From Candidatus Latescibacterota bacterium (GTDB lineage: Bacteria; Latescibacterota; UBA2968; GCA-2709665), in the NCBI GenBank assembly GCA_965237675.1, contig OZ250150.1:5280001-5344000 (forward strand): a stretch of 64,000 nucleotides of DNA. Direction: 5' to 3'. The notes below the pieces were generated by a model. The model saw only the letters and a list, made by a program, of their open reading frames with translations. It was not told where the DNA came from and made no database searches. Below, in pieces: positions 41,208 to 50,597 of this stretch. The position numbers and the translations under genes were made by a program. Each line of letters opens with the position of its first letter. Position 1 is the stretch's first letter.

Positions 41208-44200
41208 CTATTCGCCCGTGTCCGTTACGGCGATGTTTACGACAAGACTCACGCGTCCGCCCTGGCCGTCGCTGGCCCGCACGATCACCGAATATCCCCT
41301 CTTTTCTTCGAAGCCATACGTCCCCTTCGCGAGGATCTGCCCGGTGCTCGGATCAATGTCGAAGTGATCCGCATCGGCGCCCCACAGGCTGTACGTGAGC
41401 GCATCGCCGTCGGGGTCGGCAGCAGTGACGGGGCCCCCTATCGGCTGTCCCTCCGGCGTGTTCTCGGCCACGGAACGCGTCACGGGCAATGCCAGGGCGA
41501 AAACAGGAGGGCGGTTCACCGTATCGCCGAAGCCTTTGGCAAAGATCACGAAATCGTCAAAACCGATCCCGCCGTCGCCGTTCAAATCGTTTTTTGCGTC
41601 ATACTTCCCATCACCCTCCTCGCTGCCGAACACGCCCGCGAACCGCACAAAGTCCGCAAAGGCCACCAGACCACTCCCGTCGAAATCAGGAGACGGCGGC
41701 GCGGCCGCTTGCAAGGCGACGCTCACGGAACGTGTCATCGCCTCCGGATGCTCGCCTCGGACGAGGTCCGCGCCAGCAAACCAAATCTCCGTCTCCGAAA
41801 ACGCATCCGTCGTTCTAAACCGTAGCGTACCAACCAACCCGCTGTCGACCGTCGCTTGACCGCCCAGGGACGCAATACCAATCTCCACAAATGTTGAATC
41901 CTGCTTCACCAGCGCATGGACGCTCGGCAAGGCATCCGCCACTTCGAAACCGGAAAAGACAACCTGGGTCGAATCGTATTCCACGCGCAGGGAAAGACTG
42001 CGCGTATTCCGGATATCCGCGCCGAATACCTGAATGGGTACAACGCCACCGGGCGAAACGACAATAGACGAGACGAATTGATCCCTTTCGGAACCATCCA
42101 GATCCAGCGAAAGAGAGAAAAGGTCATACAGGATCAGGATTTCGGTCCTGAACGTTCCCACGGCCGACCACTCGCTGTCGCCCGCAGAACTGCTCGACCG
42201 TATCTGCACTTCGTATTCCGTGTCTGGGTCCAGCCCCTCAATCGTCGTGCTCGTCCCCGCCACGTCCTGAGGACCGTCCGTGAACGCCCCCTCACTACCC
42301 ACCCGGTAGCGCAGGTCATAGCTCGTGATGGGCGGCCCGTCATCGTCGGGCACCTTCCAACCCACCGTCACGCTCGTCGTCGACGTCTCCGTCACCTCAG
42401 GCTCGACAGGTGTCGGCGGCAGCGGCGGGGTCCTCACGGGACTCAGCGCCGACCACTCACTGTCGCCCGCGGTGCTGCTCGACCGCACCTGCACTTCGTA
42501 TTCCGTGTCGGGGTCCAGACCCTCAATGGTCGCGGTCATCTCAGTTACATCCTGAGGACCGTCCGTGAACTCCCCTTCGCCGCCCTGCCGGTAGCGCAGA
42601 TCGTAGCTCGTGATGGGCGGCACGCTGTGGGCTGGCGCCGTCCAACTGACCGTCACGTTTTTGGCCGACGTTGTCGTCAACGTCGGCGCATCAGGCGCGG
42701 GTGGCCGTCGATCCGGCGGCGGCGGTGGACGCGGAGGAGGTTGCGGAGGTGACGAAGGGGGTGATGGCGGTGGTGGTGGCGGCGGTGGCGGCCGTGGTGG
42801 CGGCCGTGGTGGCGGCGGGGGGAGCAATTCCAGGGCGTCGCTGAAGACCCATGGACGGGCCTGCTTGATCGCCAGGATGTTGTCGCTGGTGATCTTGAAC
42901 TCGATCTCCATGGCGAACGGTTCCTCGGGTGCAGGGTTGTACAGTGTCTCGAAGTGGTCATGGATCACTTCAAGATGCTGGCGCAACTGATCCAGTTGGT
43001 CTTCGCTCATCAGCAGTTGCCCCGGCGGCACCTGGTTGGAGATGCCAAGAACGGAGTAACCACCGAACCCGTGCAGCAGGATTTCCTCCGGTACCGAGTG
43101 CGCTTCGGGATTGGTGACCAGGTCCTCGCCGAGCTGCGTGTTGACGTAGTAGCTCCCCGCTCGGCCGTAGAGGAGGTCGAAGCTGACAGCCACGCCGTTG
43201 GCCAACTCGTCGGTGTAGTTGGGATGCACCAGCACCCCCATCGCCGCCGCCAGGTGGGTCGATGCGATGGAACTCCCGTTCGATGAAGGCGCGGAAGGTC
43301 CACAGACTGGCGAACACCTGCTTGAGCGACTTATCAATGCCATCTTCCTCAGTCTCGTCCGGCTTCTGGGTATTAGAGTCATACAGCCCCGCGCCATTGA
43401 ACCCGGGTAAATCCTCGTTGTTGGTGCTCGACCGATAGCGTAAGGACTGTCCCGCCGGAAACGTCTCGTGCATGGCGGTCAGTGCGTCGATGATCCACTG
43501 CGGCGAATCGGCGTCTATGATGGCGTCGCGCAAGACATCAAGCAGGACATCCTGGACTGCAAATTTGGTCTGGAAATTGGCGTCAGCCAGCATGGTCTCA
43601 ATGCGGGTATAGAATCCGTGGGTCTTCATGAACTCGTCGTAGAAATAGAACGGGATCGCAAACCCATCCGGAACGGTCCCTGACGGAAAGCCCAGCGTTC
43701 TCAGCACGGCCACGTTGGCGGCTTTGACGCCGAATGCCTTCCAGTCATTGAAGCCGATCTGACTGAGGGGCGTGATCGTCGTAACCGACAGATCCCGTTC
43801 CGGCGTCTGTGTCTGGGTAGGCCGGGAAGACTCGTAGTGCTCGTTCACTACCGTAAGGGTGGCGGCGCGCAACTGCCAGCCACTGTCGGTCACCTCGTAC
43901 CGGACGTAGTTGCCAATGAGAGACGAGATAGAGGATTCGTCGAGAGCGTCTCGTATGAAGGCGTTGGGGATGCCATCCTTCATGGCGCGCAGGTTGACGT
44001 GCGAGAGTGGCGTCTGGGGCACGGCGGAGATGATGCCGGCCACGCGGGGCAACTCGTTGGGCAGTGCCTCGTAGATCACGATGTCGCGGGGGTGGGGACG
44101 GTCTTCCGGGTCCAAGACTTGCAGCCGGCCGTACCCTTCCCCCGGGTTCAACGCCAGGAAGGTCGTTTCACGGAGAATGTCTTCCTCGAACAGGAGGTCG

Positions 44201-45069
44201 ATCCGGGATGCCTTGTACAACGGCAAGTCGGCTTCGTAATACCGAAGCGCCCACTCCGGTATATACAAGGCCAAGTTGTCCTCAAGCAGTAGGATGCTGG
44301 CCGCGATCAGGGTATAGACGAGCGCTTCATAGCTGAAGGTGGGCGATCCTCATTCAAGCCAGTTGTAATAGAATCCCTGGCTGCGATTAGGGACAACAAA
44401 TTGCGGGTCATAGACCACATTACCGACGATCGCGTTGCCCTGCTCAAGCCCTACAGCATCCAGGAAGGATTGATGGACCGGATGCGTACCGGCGTTTATG
44501 AAGTAAACACCCGGGGCGTCGGTGTCTATGTCGAACAGCACGAACTTGAGGGTCGATGTGCCGCCGGAATAGAAGGAGAGCGTCCCGAATGTCTCCCGAT
44601 CGGGAACGGCCACGGCGCCATCGCTGCGATCGATGGCGGCGGCGGGGTTCACCGGGTTCATGCTCCCCAGGTTGTCGAGTTCGGTGAGGTCGTCGATGCA
44701 ATCGCCATCGACGTCGGCGGGATCGGCGACGAGGTACTTCTCCACCCGGTAGCGCTCCTTGGGCAGCGCTTCTACGTTTTCGGCCAGCGTGGTCGTGCCC
44801 GCCTCTCCCAACATCACCAGAACCGGCAACTCCACTTCGGTGCCGTCCACATCGTGCTTCACATAGAGCACGAAGTAGTTCGCAGTCGTGGAGTTGACCA
44901 CGATGGGAACCGCCGTCACCTCCACCTCCACAGGCGTCGGGTTATAGCCGCCGCCTGAACACGGATCCGGATCGGGATCACTCTGCCCGATAGCGGGAGC
45001 GGCCAGAGCCAACGCGGCGGCCTGTAACACAGCAACCGCCGCAATGAACCGAACGCTTGTCAATGACAT
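41208..45069 (-). pseudogene. Large secreted PEP-synthase/PPDK-like protein (His-swivel plus ATP-grasp) fused to Pro linker, FN3 x2, cohesin-like, dockerin-like and cadherin domains; two lesions
   Basis: Signal peptide; PQTPLSHVNLRA, FGVKAAN, YRSSTNNEDLPGFNGAGLYDS, EIEFKI...KQARPW; in-frame TGA at 44350-44352 and +1 C at about 43257. Confidence 0.8.
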
Positions 45070-45173
45070 GTCACTTGCTCCGTTGCTGACAACTGCGAGA
45101 GAATAGGCGTTTTCCACATTCGTTGCGTTTTTGTCAGCAGAAAAACTCGCCAGTTCAGGAGATACATTAGGTA

Positions 45174-45189
45174 TACAAAAATCGTTCCA
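45174..45189 (-). promoter_or_regulatory. Possible degenerate sigma54 (-24/-12) promoter
   Basis: TGGAACG-ATTT-TTGTA versus consensus TGGCACG-N4-TTGCA; correct spacing, two mismatches. Confidence 0.3.
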
Positions 45190-45397
45190 ACTTTTCAAAA
45201 AAACGGCTAACTGATTGCAGACGAAGGAATTGGAGCATACGGGGAACGATTCAGATTTTTTTGGGCTGTTGCAGAATGAGCGTGATAAAGCGCGCAGGGA
45301 ACGCATGTCCGCTCAGGTGGTGGTATATTGATGAGATGAAAATACCTGCTTGGAGGAAAACCCATGTTGACGCCAGGGTCTAAAATTCTCGTCGGGT

Positions 45398-45637
45398 TCA
45401 AACCGGCAGCGGCAGATCCAGAATAGGAACCTTCGCAAACCTTTTCGGCTCTGGCATACGAATCAAAACGTCGTCCATTGCCTGGTCCACGGCTGCCTCA
45501 AAGAATACCCCACCACAGGCCGCACATACCAGGGCGGGTACATTTTCAAATCGGTACGTTTTGCCTTCCCATTCCTGGTCATAGTAAGGCAGCGATTTCG
45601 GGTGGAGCGAACCACCGCAATAGCCGCATTCGTCCAT
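45398..45637 (-). CDS. YgiT-type zinc finger protein (MqsA-like antitoxin, no HTH)
   Basis: CGYCGG...ENVPALVCAACG. Confidence 0.85.
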   Translation of the reverse strand: MDECGYCGGSLHPKSLPYYDQEWEGKTYRFENVPALVCAACGGVFFEAAVDQAMDDVLIRMPEPKRFAKVPILDLPLPV

Positions 45638-45641
45638 GGGG

Positions 45642-45959
45642 TTATCTCCTCCGTGTGTGCCAGTTGATCCACTTATCAGGATCGTACCAGTGCACCGTTA
45701 AAATAATTGCGCGTTTTTGCCGGGCATTATAACCACAGGCGACGTAGAGGGGTTTTCCAGGTCGCACTGGATGCATAAACAGACATTTAGCGTGGGGTGA
45801 AGCATTCGGGCTCTGCTCAACGACCTCTCCCTGCAAGATCGTTTGTGTAATCTCACGATAGGTCATCCCCCGCTGGTTCTTCCGCTGTCTGGCATGACGA
45901 GAGATGATATAGTTGTTTCGAGCAACCGCCTTGCGAATTTCGTCGATAAAATCAGGCAT
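45642..45959 (-). CDS. DUF4258 family toxin (RelE-like)
   Basis: SRHARQR..QRG....I...IL.GEVVE, PLYVAC, ILTVH..DP..W; upstream of the YgiT gene. Confidence 0.8.
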   Translation of the reverse strand: MPDFIDEIRKAVARNNYIISRHARQRKNQRGMTYREITQTILQGEVVEQSPNASPHAKCLFMHPVRPGKPLYVACGYNARQKRAIILTVHWYDPDKWINWHTRRR

Positions 45960-46014
45960 AGATCACCAGTAGTAGAAATATAGCGGGGAGGGCTAAAAAG
46001 TCAAGAAAGTGTGT

Positions 46015-46091
46015 CGGCGCGTACCTCAGTCCGGTAGAGCGCCTGCTTCGGGAGCAGAAGGCCGGAGGTTCAAATCCTCTCGCCCCGACCA
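46015..46091 (+). tRNA. tRNA-Pro(CGG), degenerate (probable pseudo-tRNA)
   Basis: Full cloverleaf, TTCGGGA anticodon loop, TTCAAAT T-loop, ACCA end; C-C mismatches in acceptor and D stems and a C-A mismatch in the anticodon stem. Confidence 0.8.
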
Positions 46092-46096
46092 TTGAG

Positions 46097-46134
46097 AACC
46101 CCCTGCAAGAACAGTTGCTTGCAGGGGGGTTTTT
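46097..46134. terminator. Intrinsic terminator after the tRNA
   Basis: CCCCCTGCAAG-loop-CTTGCAGGGGG followed by T5. Confidence 0.85.
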
Positions 46135-46173
46135 CGATGATTTTGAACCGGGATCGACTAACGAGCGCGCATG

Positions 46174-48510
46174 CTATTCGGCAACATCGGTGACGGCGAT
46201 GTTCACGACAACGTTGACGCGGCCGCCCTGACCGTCTCTGACGCGGACGATTACGGCGTATCCCTTTTTCTTCTCAAAGTCGTACGTCCCCTTCGTGAGG
46301 AGCTGACCGGTGCTCGGGTCGACGTCGAAGTGCTCCGCATCCGCGCCCCATATGATGTACATTAGAGTATCGCCATCTTCATCTGCCGCCACGACGGGAT
46401 CCCCGATCGGCTCTCCGGCCGGTGCGTTCTCAGCCACGGAACGCGTCACGGGTGGCGCAAGCGCGAACACCGGCGCACGGTTGACCGTTTTGCCGAAGCT
46501 CTTCGCAAATATCACGAAGTCCTCAAAACCGATCCCACCGTCGCCGTTCAGATCGTATCTCTCCACGTACTTCACGTCACCCTCGTCGCTTCCGAACGCA
46601 CCCGCGAACAACACAAAGTCGGCAAAGGCCACCGTCCCGGTCCCGTCGAAATCCGGAGAAGACGGCGCAGCAGCCTGCAGGACAATGCTCACGGAACGCG
46701 TCATCGCCTCCGGATGTTCGCCACGGGTCAGTTCAACACCCGCCAGACGGACCTCGGTCTCTGAAAACGCGTCCGTGGTCCTGAAACGCAACGTGCCCAC
46801 CAGCCCGCTGTCGACCACCGCACGACCACCCAGCGACGCAATGCCTATTTCCACAACGGTCGAATCCTGTTTCACCAGCGCATGCGCGATGGGCAGAACA
46901 TCGGCCACGTCAAACCCCGCATACGCAACCTGTGTGGAATCGTATCCCACACGCACCGAGAGACTGCGCGTATTTCGAATATCCGCGCCGAACACCTGTA
47001 TCGGCACCACGCCGCCGGGGGAGTCGTGCAGCAGCCAGACGTATTGATGCCCCGCTGAAGAATCCAGGTCCAGCGAAACAGAGAAAAGATCATAAAGAAT
47101 CAGGACCTCCGTCCGCGCCATCACCAGGGGCGCCCACTCACCGTTGCCCGCCGCGCTGCTCGACCGTACCTGCACCTCGTATGCCGTGTCCGGTTCCAGA
47201 CCCTCGATGATCGCGCTTGTGCCCGCCATGTCCTGAGGCCCGTCCGTCCATGCCCCGTCGCTGCCCACACGGTAGCGTACGTCGTAGCCTGTGATGGGCG
47301 GGCCTTCGGCTGTCGGCGCCGTCCAACCAACCGTTAAGCTGCTCGACGACCTCTCCGTAACACCCGGGTCAACCGGAGGTAGCGGCGGCGCAGCCGTCCG
47401 CACCGTGCTCAGCGCCACCCACTCGCTGTCGCCCGAAGAGCCGCTGGAACGTACCTGCACCTCGTATGCCGTGTCCGGCTCCAGACCCTCGATGATCGCA
47501 CTCGTTCCCGTCACGTCCTGAGGCCCCTCACCCCATTCCCCTTCGCTACCTATCCGGTAGCGCACGTCGTAGTTCCTCACGACAGGACCGCCACCGCCCG
47601 GCGCCGTCCAGCCGACCGTCATACTGGTCGTCGACACTTCCGTCACGGTGGGTGCAACCGGTGGTGGTGGCGGTGGTGGTGGCGCACTGACCGTCACTCG
47701 CACCCCACTGGAGCAGTTGTTGCCCGTGTCCGATTCTCCAGAAACCGCGTCCACGCACGCGCCATAGTAGTACGTGCCAGCATTCGACGGCGCCGTCAGC
47801 TTAATCGTTGCCGCGTAGCCTTGCGGGCGGTCAAGCGCTCGCACCGCGTCCGTGCCGATCTCGGTGTCGGAGGTCGTGATTGTCGCGTCCGTCGAGCGGT
47901 AGTACCGCACCGTTGTCGCCGCCGACCGCCCGTCACCCTGATTAGTCACTGTCACTATAAACCAGAACGACCCGCCCGTCTCCGGGTTGCTGTTGCTCAC
48001 ATTTGGCCCCAGCCCAATCAAGTCCGGCGAGGCGGATTCTGTTTCTGTTCCGATTGATGTCGCTGTGAATTCGGCCACCTTACTTCCCGCCGCGGAACCG
48101 CTTTGAAGGGTCACCGTGAAGTTGTCGGTGCTAGTTCCGCCGAGGAGAAGCTCGATGGAGGTCAGGGTGTAGCCGGCGGCGTTGGTACCGGTGCGGAACC
48201 CCTGTGCCGTACCGTCCGCGAGCACTGCAGCTATTGTTTGGAAAGGCTGCCGGAGTTTACTCACCAGCACCTTCGGTGTCTGGGCGTGGGCTACGTCCCC
48301 GCCGAACAGGAACACCGCGACCGTGGGACCGATCAATGTAAACAGGGCCGACGCCCGTCGCCATAGGCCGCACAGCAGCAACCATGAAATCTCGGAGTCG
48401 CATCTATACCGCCGCATCGCTGTGGCCAACACGCGCCTCCACACGCATTGGGACAGCATCCCTTGACCGTGAAAACCCCAATCCCACATCACGTTCAACA
48501 ATGCAACCAT
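46174..48510 (-). CDS. Secreted/surface protein: CARDB, FN3 x2, cohesin-like, dockerin-like EF-hand and cadherin domains
   Basis: AHAQ cleavage-like site; VTVTNQG...YYYGACVD...ESDTGNN (CARDB); WTAP..Y.VRYR...GLEPDTAYEVQVR (FN3); DFDGTGTVAFADF; RSVAEN...AADEDGD. Confidence 0.85.
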   Translation of the reverse strand: MVALLNVMWDWGFHGQGMLSQCVWRRVLATAMRRYRCDSEISWLLLCGLWRRASALFTLIGPTVAVFLFGGDVAHAQTPKVLVSKLRQPFQTIAAVLADGTAQGFRTGTNAAGYTLTSIELLLGGTSTDNFTVTLQSGSAAGSKVAEFTATSIGTETESASPDLIGLGPNVSNSNPETGGSFWFIVTVTNQGDGRSAATTVRYYRSTDATITTSDTEIGTDAVRALDRPQGYAATIKLTAPSNAGTYYYGACVDAVSGESDTGNNCSSGVRVTVSAPPPPPPPPVAPTVTEVSTTSMTVGWTAPGGGGPVVRNYDVRYRIGSEGEWGEGPQDVTGTSAIIEGLEPDTAYEVQVRSSGSSGDSEWVALSTVRTAAPPLPPVDPGVTERSSSSLTVGWTAPTAEGPPITGYDVRYRVGSDGAWTDGPQDMAGTSAIIEGLEPDTAYEVQVRSSSAAGNGEWAPLVMARTEVLILYDLFSVSLDLDSSAGHQYVWLLHDSPGGVVPIQVFGADIRNTRSLSVRVGYDSTQVAYAGFDVADVLPIAHALVKQDSTVVEIGIASLGGRAVVDSGLVGTLRFRTTDAFSETEVRLAGVELTRGEHPEAMTRSVSIVLQAAAPSSPDFDGTGTVAFADFVLFAGAFGSDEGDVKYVERYDLNGDGGIGFEDFVIFAKSFGKTVNRAPVFALAPPVTRSVAENAPAGEPIGDPVVAADEDGDTLMYIIWGADAEHFDVDPSTGQLLTKGTYDFEKKKGYAVIVRVRDGQGGRVNVVVNIAVTDVAE

Positions 48511-48619
48511 CGAAATGCCTCCCTTGGGCTTTTTACAACTGGATAATTCAGATAATAAGAGGTTGTTTTTCAAACAATTTATGGCTAAAATACAAGCGAT
48601 GACAATTTAAAAAGAAACG

Positions 48620-48947
48620 ACCGTGGCAAAAAATAATAAACGATATTGAATTTGCAAGCAAAACGTGCAAGCCTGTGGAGGGGGACTTTGACGGCGGCGT
48701 GTTGATGCTGCGTTAAGTGGAGTAGCGCATCGGCATTGTGGATCGAATCGTTGGGGCGTTGTGTGACGGACGTCACCAAAGTTATCTCACGCATTCTCAT
48801 CGAGACCTAGTCAGTAAACCCGTGTTCCAGATCGCTGTCGGGTATGTGAAAGCCAATAACAGTATCGCGCTTCGATCCGAGCCTGCGCTGAAAGCCGCGT
48901 GCGAGTGGTTGCCCATTCATGGGGAGGACGTGTCTGCGGCATGGTGA
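48620..48947 (+). mobile_element. Degenerate IS1380-family transposase remnant
   Basis: KPVEGDFDGG-VLMLR*VE*RIGIVDRI...H..RDLV...VFQIAVGY..AN....LRSEPALK with stop codons. Confidence 0.7.
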
Positions 48948-49194
48948 ACCTCTTTAATTCTCATCAAGATAATGTGAAGATGGGTGTCCACCAAATCGAG
49001 TCAATTCCAACGACTCCGCCCTTGATTGAATCGGACTATCTTTACGCGGAGTCCAGGAACGCACATTATGTGCTTGTAGCAATTTCCTTATTCCAGAGAT
49101 CCCGCAAAGCTTGCTCGGACTGATCATTGACAGCCACGTACGATTGCAATATACTGTTGCGATTCCAATCCAAAGCTATCTTCCGGAGCGCGAT

Positions 49195-49593
49195 ATGGTA
49201 TGGATTCTCGTATTTCTGTCGGCAATTTCAGCAGACGAGCGGAAACCGTGGATGTCCGCCAGGTACGAAGCGACCGTGGTTTCCGTCTACGATGGCGACA
49301 CCATCACCGTCGACGTGGTCGTCTGGCCGGGCCTGACCTGGCACGGCAAGGTGCGCGTGAGGGGTGTGGACACGCCGGAGATCCAGACGAAGAGCAAAGC
49401 AGAGAAGAGACGCGCATTGCTGGCGCGCGACTTTGTCCGGGAACGGATCGGGAAAACCATTTACCTGGAAAACGTGAAACTGGGCAACTTCGCGGGGCGT
49501 GTCGTGGCGACCGTCCGGCTGAAGGATGAGTCCAATCTCGCGAAGATCTTGATACGGGAAGGGCACGGGAAGGCCTACAAACGACGACGATAA
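49195..49593 (+). CDS. Thermonuclease (SNase-like)
   Basis: VVSVYDGDT, VRVRGVDTPEI, GRVVA, LIREGHG. Confidence 0.88.
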   Translation: MVWILVFLSAISADERKPWMSARYEATVVSVYDGDTITVDVVVWPGLTWHGKVRVRGVDTPEIQTKSKAEKRRALLARDFVRERIGKTIYLENVKLGNFAGRVVATVRLKDESNLAKILIREGHGKAYKRRR

Positions 49594-49628
49594 ACGGCCG
49601 AGAGGTAAAACGTGAGGGGCCGCAAGGC

Positions 49629-49807
49629 GGGCGGTTCGCGAACCGCCCCTACAAATGCAACTCCCGCGGGGACACGCGGGCGACCCGTGGGTCGCCCCTA
49701 CAAATCCAACATGGACGCGGCGTAGTCCTCTTACCTCTGCCGTCTTACCTCTTGCGCTTTACGTCCCGATAAAACGTACCGCAGGGCGGTTCTCGAACCG
49801 CCCCTAC
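49629..49807 (-). repeat. Three GTAG-family REP palindromes
   Basis: Reverse complements of GTAGGGGCGGTTCGCGAACCGCCC, GTAGGGGCGACCCACGGGTCGCCC and GTAGGGGCGGTTCGAGAACCGCCC. Confidence 0.8.
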
Positions 49808-50547
49808 TTGAGCGATATGATTTCGCGCTGGGACGGGATGAGGCGGTCGGCGAAGCCGGGGCTGAAACGCAGATGCTGCCCGCCCCAATCGGGCATATAG
49901 CCAATGCTGTAGCAATAGTAGAGGGTGCGGCGCGGACGTCCGGACACGTTCACCGTGGAGCCGTGGGTGAGCGCTTCGGTGAACAGGATGACGTCGCCGG
50001 CACGCGCCGGCACCGCCCGTAGCGGGGGAATTTCATCGGGATGGCTGCCCCAGGGTCTCGCGAAATTGCTCTTGTGCGCCCCTGGGATCACGGCGAAGCA
50101 GCCGTCTTCGGGTCCGCAATCGAGCATCGGGAACACCGCCTTGGTGAGCGTCGACACCATCTGGCCGTTGCGGCAGTGGTACTGGCATTTCGGGATAATC
50201 GGCGTACCGTGCATGTGCATACCGGTATAGCCGCCGCCCCACCGATAGATGGTGTAGGTGTGGTTGAGACGGTACGGACCGCCGGTAACGCATTCGACGG
50301 CGCCCAGCAATTCGGGCAGGTTCATCAACGGAACCAACGCGTCGTCGCCCTCGATGATGTTCGAAATGTAGAGGTTTTCGGGCGAACGCTCCTGGCCGAG
50401 GACCAGCGGCGGGGGGTAATCCGAGGGGTCCATCGTCTCGAACCGGTCCAGCGCGGCGTTGCAGGCCGCCACCAGCGTCGGTGGTACGACCTGCTCCAGG
50501 ACAACGTAGCCCTGCAGGTCGAAGAGATATTTCTGTTCCGGGGTCAT
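49804..50547 (-). CDS. Phytanoyl-CoA dioxygenase (PhyH) family Fe/2OG enzyme
   Basis: FDLQGYVVL, GCFAVIPGAHKS, AGDVILF.EALTHG, RR. Confidence 0.88.
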   Translation of the reverse strand: MTPEQKYLFDLQGYVVLEQVVPPTLVAACNAALDRFETMDPSDYPPPLVLGQERSPENLYISNIIEGDDALVPLMNLPELLGAVECVTGGPYRLNHTYTIYRWGGGYTGMHMHGTPIIPKCQYHCRNGQMVSTLTKAVFPMLDCGPEDGCFAVIPGAHKSNFARPWGSHPDEIPPLRAVPARAGDVILFTEALTHGSTVNVSGRPRRTLYYCYSIGYMPDWGGQHLRFSPGFADRLIPSQREIISLK

Positions 50548-50597
50548 CTCGCCTCCTCATTTTCCGGTTTAGCCAACCATTCGCCCGGAGGAATCCA

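Noticed and set aside
42710-42825. GGC/GGT microsatellite as a contingency locus
   Set aside because: Triplet repeats encode an in-frame poly-Pro linker.
44350-44352. In-frame TGA as selenocysteine or recoding
   Set aside because: No evident SECIS or catalytic context; the same gene has a second frameshift, and TGA is used as stop throughout the window.
49629-49807. CRISPR array
   Set aside because: The repeats differ in their cores and are irregularly spaced, and no cas genes are present; they fit REPs.
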